A stretch of 64,000 nt of DNA from Oceanipulchritudo sp. GTDB lineage: Bacteria; Verrucomicrobiota; Verrucomicrobiia; Opitutales; Oceanipulchritudinaceae. The stretch is from NCBI GenBank assembly GCA_049975345.1, contig JBNGDP010000001.1:32907-96906 (forward strand), written 5' to 3'. Each line of letters opens with the position of its first letter. The stretch's first letter is position 1. The position numbers were made by a program, and so were the translations under genes. Of this stretch, positions 41,546 through 50,404 are shown piece by piece. The notes beneath the pieces were generated by a model. The model was not told the origin of the DNA. It worked only from the letters and a program-made list of their open reading frames with translations, and made no database searches.

Positions 41546-42194
41546 TAGCATCGGCAACGGGAACTGGCTCCTGATCGATGCGGCCGGGCCGCTTTCCGTG
41601 TTTGGACTGGTCGGCAAGGACGGGTGGCGGGATTGCATGACCCGAAAGGGCGATTTGATCGAGAATCTCCAACCGGTGCTGGAGGAGCTCCTGGCGCGCA
41701 ACGGTACGGAACTGGCGGACCTGGACGGTTGCCTGTACGCGACAGGGCCCGGTTCCACCCTTGGATTGCGCCTCTCGGCGATGTTCCTGCGAACGCTGAT
41801 GGCCCTCCCCCCCCTGGAACACTGGAAATGCCTCCAGTATCATAACCTGTCGCTTGCTCTTGCCGGAGGGTGCCGGGCACAGGCCGGGGTGGCCCCGTGG
41901 CGGCGTGACCGGGTCCACCTCACTTCCATCGAACCGGGCCCCCCGCTCTCCTTTACCCAAGGGAACCTGTCCCCGAAGGAGGCCGCCGAACGGGCCTTGC
42001 CCGGATTCCTCCTGGGCCGGAGACCGGCCACCGCCGGACCCGGTATCGACTGGCAACCCTACCCGCATGAACACATACCCGAACGGCTTCTGCAGTTCCC
42101 CGAATTGCTGCAAAAGGCGCCGGGCCCCACCCCATACACCGCGGAGGATCCGGAATTTGCCCGCTGGACTCCCCGGCGGCATGCCGCCAAATGA
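41538..42194 (+). CDS. tsaB: Divergent TsaB/YeaZ-like t6A biosynthesis protein
   Basis: LLIDAA...LQPVLEELL...DLDG...ATGPGSTLGLRLS (cf. GPGSFTGxR). Confidence 0.6.
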   Translation: MADSIGNGNWLLIDAAGPLSVFGLVGKDGWRDCMTRKGDLIENLQPVLEELLARNGTELADLDGCLYATGPGSTLGLRLSAMFLRTLMALPPLEHWKCLQYHNLSLALAGGCRAQAGVAPWRRDRVHLTSIEPGPPLSFTQGNLSPKEAAERALPGFLLGRRPATAGPGIDWQPYPHEHIPERLLQFPELLQKAPGPTPYTAEDPEFARWTPRRHAAK

Positions 42195-43339
42195 GCCGCT
42201 CCCCGGACAAGCTGCGCTCCTGGGCCACCATCAATCTGGGTGCGCTTGAGCGAAACCTGAAGTCGATCCGCACGGCCCTGCCCGCATACCTGCGCTACAT
42301 TTCCGTGGTCAAGGCCAACGCCTACGGCCACGGCCTTGCGCCGGTGGTGACACGCCTCATGCGCTCGGAGGCCGATGCCTTCGCCGTGGCCAACCTCGAG
42401 GAGGCCGCCCGCCTCCAGGAAATCGGCACCGGGTGGCCCGTCCTTGTCCTCAGCGTGCTGCTACCCAGTGAATACGCGGAGGCCGCCCGGATGGGGGTGA
42501 TGCCGGTGGTCTCTTCCATCGATGAAATCCGCGGTTTCGGGGAGGCCGCCGCCGCCGCGGGCCGCCGCCTTGGCATTCACCTGAAAGTGGATACCGGCAT
42601 GGGCCGCCTCGGCGTCTGGCACTCCGAGGCGAACGGCCTGCTGGAGGAAATCGGGAATTGGCCGGCCCTGCGACTGGAGGGCATCTGCACCCACTTCTCC
42701 TCCGCCGATTCCGATCCGGAATTCACGCAGCTGCAGCGTCGCCGATTCCTCCGCTGCCTGGAAAAAATCCCGCAAGGGCGGCAAGGCAGCCTGCTCATCC
42801 ATGCCGACAACAGCGCCGGAATCGAGTCGTTCCCGGCCGGAGGTCCCTTTAACGCGGCCCGGGTCGGCCTGCTCCAGTTCGGGGTCCGTCCCAAGCCGGG
42901 TTCCCTGCTGGAACAGACGCTGACCGAGCCCGTGCTTTCCTTTCACACGCGGGTCGGCCTCCTCAAGAACCTTCCCGCGGGAACCCCTGTTTCGTATGGG
43001 CAGACCCACCGCCTGCGGCGCGCCTCCCGGATCGCAATCCTGACGGCCGGGTATGCGGACGGTCTTTCCACCGCCCTGAGCAACCGGGGGAAGGTCATCC
43101 TGCAGGATTCCCTGTGCCCCATTGTCGGGCGCGTCACCATGGACCAGACCCTGGTTGATGTGACCGACCTGCCGGTTCCCGCGCAAGTCGGCGACGTGGC
43201 CACCTTCATCGGCAATTCCGCGACAGCGGCCATCTCCGCTTCCCGCTTCGCCGAATGGTCCGGCCAGATTGAATGGGAGGTTTTCTGTTCCCTCTCCGCG
43301 CGGACCCAGCGGATCTACCGCACCGACAGCGCGGTTTGA
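42191..43339 (+). CDS. alr: Alanine racemase
   Basis: PLP-lysine motif VVKANAYGHG, HLKVDTGMGRLG, THFSSAD, VSYG, GYADG, VGRVTMDQ. Confidence 0.96.
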   Translation: MSRSPDKLRSWATINLGALERNLKSIRTALPAYLRYISVVKANAYGHGLAPVVTRLMRSEADAFAVANLEEAARLQEIGTGWPVLVLSVLLPSEYAEAARMGVMPVVSSIDEIRGFGEAAAAAGRRLGIHLKVDTGMGRLGVWHSEANGLLEEIGNWPALRLEGICTHFSSADSDPEFTQLQRRRFLRCLEKIPQGRQGSLLIHADNSAGIESFPAGGPFNAARVGLLQFGVRPKPGSLLEQTLTEPVLSFHTRVGLLKNLPAGTPVSYGQTHRLRRASRIAILTAGYADGLSTALSNRGKVILQDSLCPIVGRVTMDQTLVDVTDLPVPAQVGDVATFIGNSATAAISASRFAEWSGQIEWEVFCSLSARTQRIYRTDSAV

Positions 43340-43394
43340 AAGGAATTCCGGAAAAGGGATTGCCTCCGCAGGACTCGGGCTTTCCCATTCCGGA

Positions 43395-43850
43395 ATGCCG
43401 AAAGTCGATCTGGACCTCGTCAAACATATCCTTACCCGGAACGAAATCGATATCCGGCGGGTAAACGCCATCATCGAGGATCTCGAGCAGGAGTTGAAAA
43501 TCCAGAAGGAGGAGAATCCGCCCGCCCCGCGTGTGCCGAAACAGTTCGCCATCCTGGTTTCCGACCCGGAGGGTGTCCTGCCGAAGGCGGACCTCACCGG
43601 CTGGGTCCTCCAGATGCCCGAGGAAGATTCGCCGATGATCCTCGAAGGCCAGGTCCACAAGGCGGCCTACGATTTCAACCAGACCCCGAAAGGCCGCCGG
43701 ATGCCGGTGCAAAGCATCGGGGAAGCCTGTGAGTCCGTCCCCGCCCGCATTTTCAAGGAACACCAGGTCTGGGTGAAAACAAAGGAGCCTGTCCTCGTCC
43801 TGCGCACCAACAACCAGATCCCCATGGAACCCGTCGACTCAGGTATCTGA
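43395..43850 (+). CDS. Hypothetical protein (151 aa, soluble)
   Basis: Typical codon usage from ATG 43395; N-terminal helical/coiled segment; no family recognised. Confidence 0.7.
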   Translation: MPKVDLDLVKHILTRNEIDIRRVNAIIEDLEQELKIQKEENPPAPRVPKQFAILVSDPEGVLPKADLTGWVLQMPEEDSPMILEGQVHKAAYDFNQTPKGRRMPVQSIGEACESVPARIFKEHQVWVKTKEPVLVLRTNNQIPMEPVDSGI

Positions 43851-45083
43851 GGGTCTTTTCCACCGCAGGACCATGGCGCTGCCGGCGAGATAGCCGGTGG
43901 CCCAGGCCATGTTGAGATGGGGTCCTCCCGGTAATCCGAGGATGTCGAGGATCTCCCCGGCATGGAAAATTCCCGGTGTGGCGAGCGACTCTCCGGTTTC
44001 CCGGTTGACGCCCTCTGTGCGCACCCCGCCGGCCCAGGCGCGCTCGCCGGCGGGCAAGCCCATTCCGGCAATGGTCAACGGGTCCCCCTTCAGGCGCTGG
44101 ACGAGAGCCTGCAGCTTTTTTGCCTTCAGCCGCGGCCACGCAAGATCGGCATCCACGCGGGCGGATTCCAGGAAATAATCCCACTGCCGCTGGTTGAAAT
44201 GAAAAAGTGGATCCTCCCCGACGGGACGGCGGGAGCCGCGCCGGGTTCGTGAATCCAATTCGGAGCGGACCGCCGCCACGCTGAACTCCGGCAGCCAGTC
44301 CACTTCCAGCCGGAACCGGTACCGCATCTGGAGCCAGGTCTCGCAAAGCCGGGCGCTGAGGGCGGAGACCGCATCCCCCTCCAGTCCGCGGGCGGACACC
44401 TGAAGCAGGCCGGTGGCGGTCTCCCCCGTCTTGACACATCGGATCCCCGCTTCGCGGGCCATGGGGCCCAGCCGCTCCCCCGTCTTCGGGGAAGCAAGCC
44501 GCAACCGGGCATACCCGGCAAAGGGGGCTTCGACTTCAACCCCCCATTCACGGGCCAGTTTCATTCCGTGGTTGCGTTCCCCGCCGGTTGCCAGGAGCAG
44601 GCAGGAGGCTTCGAGGGCTTCCCCCGCCCGACTCCACACCCGGAACCCCCCACCCGGCCGGGCGGAAACCGCTTCAACGGCATATCCGAGCCGGACCTGG
44701 ACACCGGCTTCCTCCAGCAACCGGACAAGGGTGGCACGTGTTTCTTTTCCCCCGCTCGCCCGGAAGGTTCCGTTGTTCTCCAACTCGAGACATAAGCCGG
44801 CGGAGGCCAGCCAGGCGAGGCACTCGCTCCCGGGCCATTGCCGCAGAATCCCGGACATCATGCCCGCGCCGCGCACGTAGGCCGGTTCGCCGCCTTCACC
44901 GCTCTCCTGGACGGATCCCAGAACAACGGCCTGCTTGCCCATCCGGTCAAGCCAGGCCGCCAGACGGTCCTCCTTCTCCACAAGGAGGATTTCAGCCGCG
45001 GGATCCTGCCGGGCGGCCCAGAAGGCGGCCGTCACGCCGGCCAACCCGCCGCCAATGACAAGGCATTTTTGTGAATCAGGCAT
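43839..45083 (-). CDS. HI0933/YhiN/BaiN-like flavoprotein, degenerate
   Basis: VIGGGLAG Rossmann motif, LLLATGG, AGGV, GIFHAGEILDILGLPGG...AWATG; the usual SGGGRCN motif is not visible. Confidence 0.75.
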   Translation of the reverse strand: MPDSQKCLVIGGGLAGVTAAFWAARQDPAAEILLVEKEDRLAAWLDRMGKQAVVLGSVQESGEGGEPAYVRGAGMMSGILRQWPGSECLAWLASAGLCLELENNGTFRASGGKETRATLVRLLEEAGVQVRLGYAVEAVSARPGGGFRVWSRAGEALEASCLLLATGGERNHGMKLAREWGVEVEAPFAGYARLRLASPKTGERLGPMAREAGIRCVKTGETATGLLQVSARGLEGDAVSALSARLCETWLQMRYRFRLEVDWLPEFSVAAVRSELDSRTRRGSRRPVGEDPLFHFNQRQWDYFLESARVDADLAWPRLKAKKLQALVQRLKGDPLTIAGMGLPAGERAWAGGVRTEGVNRETGESLATPGIFHAGEILDILGLPGGPHLNMAWATGYLAGSAMVLRWKRPSDT

Positions 45084-45127
45084 TTACAATGAAACATTTC
45101 TGACTATCTCTACTTCTCTCTGTCACA

Positions 45128-45526
45128 ATGCAACCTGTCACGTTCAAAGAAGCTGTCTGCAGGCTCTATCATTTGAAGGATGCCCATTATCAGGTTTTTG
45201 TCCTGCGAAGGTCCCTCTTCAAGCGCGTTCGCCTGGTCCGTCCGCTGGTGCAATTCTTCCACCCGGATTTTCTTTTCAATGAATTGCGGTTGATCGAGAA
45301 AATCGCCAGGGCCCACAATCTGCGCGAAGTGCAGGAGGAGGTCGATTTTTACCAGCACAAGTATGTGGTGAACTTCTTCCTGAAGGACGCCCTGCGCTTC
45401 CGGCTCTCGGGAATGCGGCTGATGAGCCTCGCCAACAAGGCCTTCCAGCATGCCGCCAACAAACAGCCGGAGGTTGCTAAACCCGGCCCGATCCGGATCA
45501 GCAATCAGAAGCCGGTCAGCCCGTAG
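45128..45526 (+). CDS. Hypothetical basic protein (132 aa)
   Basis: Fills the gap between two minus-strand genes; plausible helical protein; no family recognised. Confidence 0.65.
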   Translation: MQPVTFKEAVCRLYHLKDAHYQVFVLRRSLFKRVRLVRPLVQFFHPDFLFNELRLIEKIARAHNLREVQEEVDFYQHKYVVNFFLKDALRFRLSGMRLMSLANKAFQHAANKQPEVAKPGPIRISNQKPVSP

Positions 45527-46956
45527 GTGTCGATCCGCTTGCGCAGCGTTGCGCGGGTGATTCCAAGGAGAGCGCTGGCCTTGACCTGGTTGCCCTCTGT
45601 TTCCTTCAGTGCCCGCAGCGTGATCTCCTTTTCCACTGCCTGCAACAGGTGCGTGTCCACCCGGTCCCTCATCCGGGCATAGACACTGTCCAGAAGCTGG
45701 TCCAGGGAAGGGGCCGAACCGGTCTTTTCCACCACCTCGAAGGGGACCGGCGTGCATTTGTCCTGAACGGCATCAAGAATCTCCTGCGGCAGGTCCTTTT
45801 TCAGGATCGTTTCCCCCTGGGCCACCACGACCGACCGCTGAATCGTATTCTCAAGCTCGCGCACGTTTCCCGGCCAATTGTACTGACAAAGGACCTCCAG
45901 CGCCTCCCGGGAGACGCGGCGGGCGCCGGCTCGCCGCTCCTTGATCAGCCGCTGCAGCATGAAGTCAACCAGTTCGGGAATATCGGACAAGCGGTCGCGC
46001 AGGCTCGGAAGGCGGATCCGCATGACATTGAGCCGGTAATAAAGATCCTCGCGGAATTCCTTCCTGCGGACCATGGTCTCCAGGTCCCGGTTGGTCGCGG
46101 CGATGAGGCGGACATCCACCTTGACCGTCTTCTCGCTGCCGACCCTCTGGATCTCCCCGTCCTGCAGGGCGCGGAGGATCTTCGTCTGGGTGGGCAGGGC
46201 CATGTCGCCGATCTCGTCAAGGAAAAGGGTTCCCCCGTCGCACAGTTCAAATTTCCCCAGCCGTTGCTGGGTCGCGCCGGTGAAGCTTCCCTTTTCATGG
46301 CCGAACAATTCCGATTCAATCAGGTTGTCCGGAATGGCGGCGCAATTGACCGCCATGAAGGGGTTGCCGGAGCGGAAGCTGTGCTGGTGGATGCAACGGG
46401 CCACCAGTTCCTTGCCGGTCCCGCTTTCACCGGTCACCATCACCGTCACGTTGCTGGTGGCCACCTGTCCGATGGCCTTGAACACCCCCTGCATTGCCTC
46501 GGATGAGCCGACAATCCCCTCCTTGTAGTCATCGCTGTCCAGCAACGGTTCATAGGAAGACTTGGAACGGGACAGGTCCCGGTGGGATTGAATCGCCTTC
46601 TCCGTGAGCTCCAGGACTTTTTTCAAGTCGAACGGCTTGATGATGTAATCGAAGGCGCCGAATTTCATGGCCTCGATGGCGGTCTGGGTGGTCCCGAAGG
46701 CGGTCATGAGGATGACCATGGATTCCGGGGCGGTGCTTCTCAGGTGCTGGAGGGTTTCCAGCCCGTTCATCCCTTCCATCCGGTTGTCGAGGAAAATGAC
46801 TTCGAAGACCTCCTTGCCGGCAAGTTCAATCCCTTTCTCCCCGCTCGAAGCCTCCTGAACCTCGTATCCCCTGGACGACAGGACGCGGTTCAGGGAATAA
46901 CGAATCTCATCGTCATCATCGATCACGAGAATTCTCCCGCTCTTGCTCTCCGCCAT
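45505..46956 (-). CDS. Sigma54-dependent response regulator (NtrC/Fis family)
   Basis: Receiver ([18 protein letters not shown]), [38 protein letters not shown]-terminal [22 protein letters not shown]. Confidence 0.95.
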   Translation of the reverse strand: MAESKSGRILVIDDDDEIRYSLNRVLSSRGYEVQEASSGEKGIELAGKEVFEVIFLDNRMEGMNGLETLQHLRSTAPESMVILMTAFGTTQTAIEAMKFGAFDYIIKPFDLKKVLELTEKAIQSHRDLSRSKSSYEPLLDSDDYKEGIVGSSEAMQGVFKAIGQVATSNVTVMVTGESGTGKELVARCIHQHSFRSGNPFMAVNCAAIPDNLIESELFGHEKGSFTGATQQRLGKFELCDGGTLFLDEIGDMALPTQTKILRALQDGEIQRVGSEKTVKVDVRLIAATNRDLETMVRRKEFREDLYYRLNVMRIRLPSLRDRLSDIPELVDFMLQRLIKERRAGARRVSREALEVLCQYNWPGNVRELENTIQRSVVVAQGETILKKDLPQEILDAVQDKCTPVPFEVVEKTGSAPSLDQLLDSVYARMRDRVDTHLLQAVEKEITLRALKETEGNQVKASALLGITRATLRKRIDTYGLTGF

Positions 46957-47011
46957 GATGCGGAATTGGAGATTGCCGGAGCGGACGGGTCAAGCCAAGT
47001 TGATCCGCCGC

Positions 47012-47977
47012 CTACTCCGGCTGCGGGACCGTCTCGGTGATGTGGGAAAGGACCCCTTCCACGCGGCGCCGTTCCTCAAGGGGGTCGCTGCCGTGCGCGG
47101 TCGATTTGAGCCGGTGGCCGCATATGGGCACGAGCATCGCCCGCACGTCCGCGGGCAACACGAATTCCCGCCCGTGGAACAACGCCCGCGCCTGGCTTGC
47201 CGCCTTCAGGGCAAGGGCCCCGCGCGGACTGATCCCGCATTGGAAAGTGCTCTCGCTGCGGGTCGCGGCTATCAGCAGAAGAAGGTATTCCAGAACGGAT
47301 CTTTCGACAAAGACTCCGCCCACGCGTTCCTGCCAGCCGACCACCTCGCGAAGGGAAACCACGGGATCCTGTTCAATCTGGTCGTAGTGGCGGAAACCCG
47401 CATCCAGGATCTCCAACTCGTCCTCGTGGGAAGGATATCCCATTTCCAGCCGCATGAAAAAGCGGTCCATCTGGCTGTCCGGCAAGGGAAAGGTTCCCTC
47501 GAAATCCACGGGGTTCTGCGTGGCAAAGACCATGAACGGTTTTCCGATCTCGTGCGTCTTTCCGTCTATGGAAACACGGCCGCGGTCCATCGCCTCCAGA
47601 AGGGCGCTTTGTGTTTTCGGCGTGGTCCGGTTGATTTCGTCCGCCAGGATGAAACTGGCAAAAACCGGTCCGGGCTTGAACTCGAAGTCCCGCAGCTTCT
47701 CGTTGTAGACCGACACTCCGAGAACATCCGCCGGCAGGAGGTCGCTCGTGAACTGGATGCGCTGGAAACTCCCGTCCAACGCGCGGGCCAGGGCATAGGC
47801 AAGGGTCGTCTTGCCCATTCCGGGAAGATCCTCGATCAGAAGATGTCCACCGCCAAGAAGGCAAATCAGCACCTTCTCGATCACATCGCCCTTGCCGCGG
47901 ATGACCGACTCCATCCGCGCCCTCAGCGCATCCAGGGCGGTATGGATCTCCGCGGTCTTGCCCTCCTCCGTGTTCAT
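47012..47977 (-). CDS. MoxR family AAA+ ATPase
   Basis: [60 protein letters not shown]. Confidence 0.95.
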   Translation of the reverse strand: MNTEEGKTAEIHTALDALRARMESVIRGKGDVIEKVLICLLGGGHLLIEDLPGMGKTTLAYALARALDGSFQRIQFTSDLLPADVLGVSVYNEKLRDFEFKPGPVFASFILADEINRTTPKTQSALLEAMDRGRVSIDGKTHEIGKPFMVFATQNPVDFEGTFPLPDSQMDRFFMRLEMGYPSHEDELEILDAGFRHYDQIEQDPVVSLREVVGWQERVGGVFVERSVLEYLLLLIAATRSESTFQCGISPRGALALKAASQARALFHGREFVLPADVRAMLVPICGHRLKSTAHGSDPLEERRRVEGVLSHITETVPQPE

Positions 47978-47980
47978 CTG

Positions 47981-48009
47981 AAAAAAATCCCCCTCGGGGG
48001 AGGGGGATT
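47981..48009 (-). terminator. Intrinsic terminator after the RHH/H1-like gene
   Basis: AATCCCCCT 47986-94 / AGGGGGATT 48001-09 stem, with a U-tract on the minus strand (A run 47981-87). Confidence 0.7.
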
Positions 48010-48044
48010 GTCGCAATTAATCAATGGGATAACAACCCAAGTGT

Positions 48045-48887
48045 TTACTTTTTCTTGCCAGCGCGCTTTTTCTTCGCGGCCTTTTTGACAACCTTCTTGG
48101 CGGCTTTCTTGGCCGGCTTGCGGGCTGTCTTTTTCTTCGCCGCCTTTTTGGCAACCTTCTTCTTGGCGGCCTTCTTCACGGCCTTTTTCTTGGCCGGCTT
48201 TTTCGCCACCTTCTTCTTGGCCACCTTCTTGGCAGCCTTCTTGGCAGCCTTCTTGGCCACCTTCTTCTTGGCCTTGCGGGCCACGGTCTTGCGAGCGGCC
48301 TTCTTCTTGGCGGCCTTCTTGGCGGCCTTCTTCACGGCCGGCTTTTTCGCCACCTTCTTCTTGGCGGCCTTCTTCACGGCCGGCTTTTTCGCCACCTTCC
48401 TCTTGGCGGCCTTTTTCACGACCTTTTTCCTGGCCGGCTTACGGGCCGCCTTCTTGGCAACCTTCTTTTTCGCCGCCTTTTTCGGGGCAGCTTTCTTGAC
48501 CGCCTTGCGAGCGCGCTTGGCAGCCGCCTTCTCGGCGGGTTTGGCTTTTTTTGAAGCTAACGCCATTTTCAGTTCCTTTTGTACGGTTTTTTTCGATGTG
48601 GATTCCATCAGGGATTCCAACGCCATCCGAATCAGGTGAGCCATGCTCACCTGTTCGGACTTGGAGATTTTTTCCAATGACCCACGTTTGTCGTCCGCCA
48701 ATCGAACGGAGAGTTGGCGGCGTTCGCCTCCCGCTTTGCGGGCGGTCTTCTTGTAATCGAACTGGTCGATCGCGTAGTCGATGAGTTTCGAGAAGGAAAC
48801 GCCCCCGAGATTTTTGCGGAGCTTTTCGAGACTGGACGCCAGATCGGCATCAATCTCGAAACTCAGTGGTGTAGTTTTTGATTTCAT
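48045..48887 (-). CDS. Tandem ribbon-helix-helix-like N-terminus fused to a histone-H1-like Lys/Ala-rich tail; candidate nucleoid-associated protein
   Basis: ATG 48887 with AAGGGAG SD. Two strand-helix-helix patterns (TPLSFEIDADLASSLEKL...SFSKLIDYAI; QLSVRLADDKRGSLEKIS...SMAHLIRMAL), then about 170 aa of KKAA/KKVAKK/KKPA repeats. Confidence 0.8.
   Translation of the reverse strand: MKSKTTPLSFEIDADLASSLEKLRKNLGGVSFSKLIDYAIDQFDYKKTARKAGGERRQLSVRLADDKRGSLEKISKSEQVSMAHLIRMALESLMESTSKKTVQKELKMALASKKAKPAEKAAAKRARKAVKKAAPKKAAKKKVAKKAARKPARKKVVKKAAKRKVAKKPAVKKAAKKKVAKKPAVKKAAKKAAKKKAARKTVARKAKKKVAKKAAKKAAKKVAKKKVAKKPAKKKAVKKAAKKKVAKKAAKKKTARKPAKKAAKKVVKKAAKKKRAGKKK
48321..48420. repeat. 42-bp tandem repeat in the H1-like tail
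   Basis: GGCGGCCTTCTTCACGGCCGGCTTTTTCGCCACCTTCTTCTT at 48321-62, a near-identical copy at 48363-404, and a partial third copy from 48405. Confidence 0.85.
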
Positions 48888-48928
48888 CTGCACTCCCTTG
48901 TATTGGATTCAGAATACCCGGATACAAA

Positions 48929-48956
48929 CGTTTACAATGTCTTTATGAAAATTCAA
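48929..48956 (-). promoter_or_regulatory. Putative sigma70 promoter for the RHH/H1-like gene, in an AT-rich tract
   Basis: Minus strand TTGAAT-N16-TAAACG. Confidence 0.4.
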
Positions 48957-49071
48957 CAAAAAAAGTATTGATTAATTCGTGTGCATCCATCTAACGCAAA
49001 CCGAACGTGGTTGTCCCCGGGAAGGACAGCGTCTTTTGCGCCATGAGAAATCACTACAACGAGTGGCGTCC

Positions 49072-49884
49072 TCAGGGGAGAAGGGAAAAGGAATCGACGA
49101 CGAGCTTGAGGCTTTCTCGCGTCGGACGAAGCTCCCAGTTGATCTCGTTGAACATCCATTCCCCGGCGAACTTGCCGAACCCGCCGACACGCACCCGTTT
49201 CACGAGGTTTCCGTCGAAGTCGAAAAGGGAGGCCTTGAGAAGGGCGGCGTAATCCTCGTCGACCGTCACCACCACCTTTGACGGGAACGCCTCTTTCTCC
49301 GGATTGAAAAGGGCGAAGCGATGGGCGGGCCTGCCGAGGTGACGTTCGGGCCCGAGATAGACGCGCCGTTCCCAATGCAGGTACGGCATGAGAAGATCCT
49401 GCCAGGTCACGGGAAGAAGATCCATGAAGGGTTCATGCAACTGCTCCGTGGAGAGCCGTTCCATCACGCGATTCCCGGCATCATCTTCCGCAGGAAGGAA
49501 AACCCCCTCCGGAAGGACAACGGATTCCCTGACGATGGGCCGGCCGTTGATCGGCTTGAGCGTTATGGTGGAACGTTCCCCCGCAAAGGACCAGTTTCCA
49601 TCGAGATGAAAACCATAGGACTCGGAGGACCGGTCGGGGGGGCGGTGGACCAGGGTTCCCGACAAGGCAAACCGTCCCACTTCGCGTCCGAGAAGAAAAG
49701 CGTGCCAGACGCGTTCGCCGTCCTCCTCACTCAGGACGGAGGGATCCTCCCGGTTCGGGGCCTCCCTGAATTTGAACTGCGCGTGACTGGCGTTGGAGGA
49801 AAGAAGAAGGAGCAGAAACGGGAGGACAAATGAAAACAGCCCGCCCCGGAGCAAGCGGGACGGACTGTTGCGGAAATTCATCAA
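49072..49884 (-). CDS. Outer-membrane lipoprotein-sorting (LolA-like) protein
   Basis: Signal peptide (LLLLLSSNASHA); C-terminal LLKASLFDFDGNLVKRV...GEWM pattern; exact start uncertain. Confidence 0.62.
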   Translation of the reverse strand: MMNFRNSPSRLLRGGLFSFVLPFLLLLLSSNASHAQFKFREAPNREDPSVLSEEDGERVWHAFLLGREVGRFALSGTLVHRPPDRSSESYGFHLDGNWSFAGERSTITLKPINGRPIVRESVVLPEGVFLPAEDDAGNRVMERLSTEQLHEPFMDLLPVTWQDLLMPYLHWERRVYLGPERHLGRPAHRFALFNPEKEAFPSKVVVTVDEDYAALLKASLFDFDGNLVKRVRVGGFGKFAGEWMFNEINWELRPTRESLKLVVDSFSLLP

Positions 49885-49911
49885 TGGGGAAGGTCGGGGG
49901 AGACCCGGTAA

Positions 49912-50310
49912 TCAGGGGGCGGGCACAACCGGTTCCTCTTCCAGGGGCGCGGCGTCCTCCGCGGCCTCGGATGGAACATCACCGGTGGAGGGAGCCGGTT
50001 CGGCTGCCTGGGCCGCGACGGGAATGTCGGGAAGGTCCGCCTCGGTGGTATCACCGGAAAAACGCCCCCGGCTCATGTAGAGGAGATAGAGGAGGAGGGA
50101 AATGATGAAGAAGGCGAAAGCCGACCACTTGGTGGCGCGGGTCAGGACATTCGTGGTTTCCGCACCGAAGGCGGATTCGGTGACGCCTCCGCCAAAGGCC
50201 GAACCCATGCCGGAATTCGTGTTCGCCCGCTGCATGAGGATCACCAGCACCATGAAGAGGCTGATGATAATCAGGACAAAGGTCAGAAGGGAGATGAGGA
50301 TATTGATCAT
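49912..50310 (-). CDS. secG: Preprotein translocase subunit SecG
   Basis: LVILMQ...SGMGSAFGGG...FGAETTNVLTRAT; two TM segments. Confidence 0.93.
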   Translation of the reverse strand: MINILISLLTFVLIIISLFMVLVILMQRANTNSGMGSAFGGGVTESAFGAETTNVLTRATKWSAFAFFIISLLLYLLYMSRGRFSGDTTEADLPDIPVAAQAAEPAPSTGDVPSEAAEDAAPLEEEPVVPAP

Positions 50311-50404
50311 TGGGTGTTCCTCTGATTGGAAAAACCGCTTACGCTGGCGGTAGCCGTTTCAAGTTTCAAGTAAATTCTCCACCGGCCCCCGGCCCCCTTG
50401 CGGC

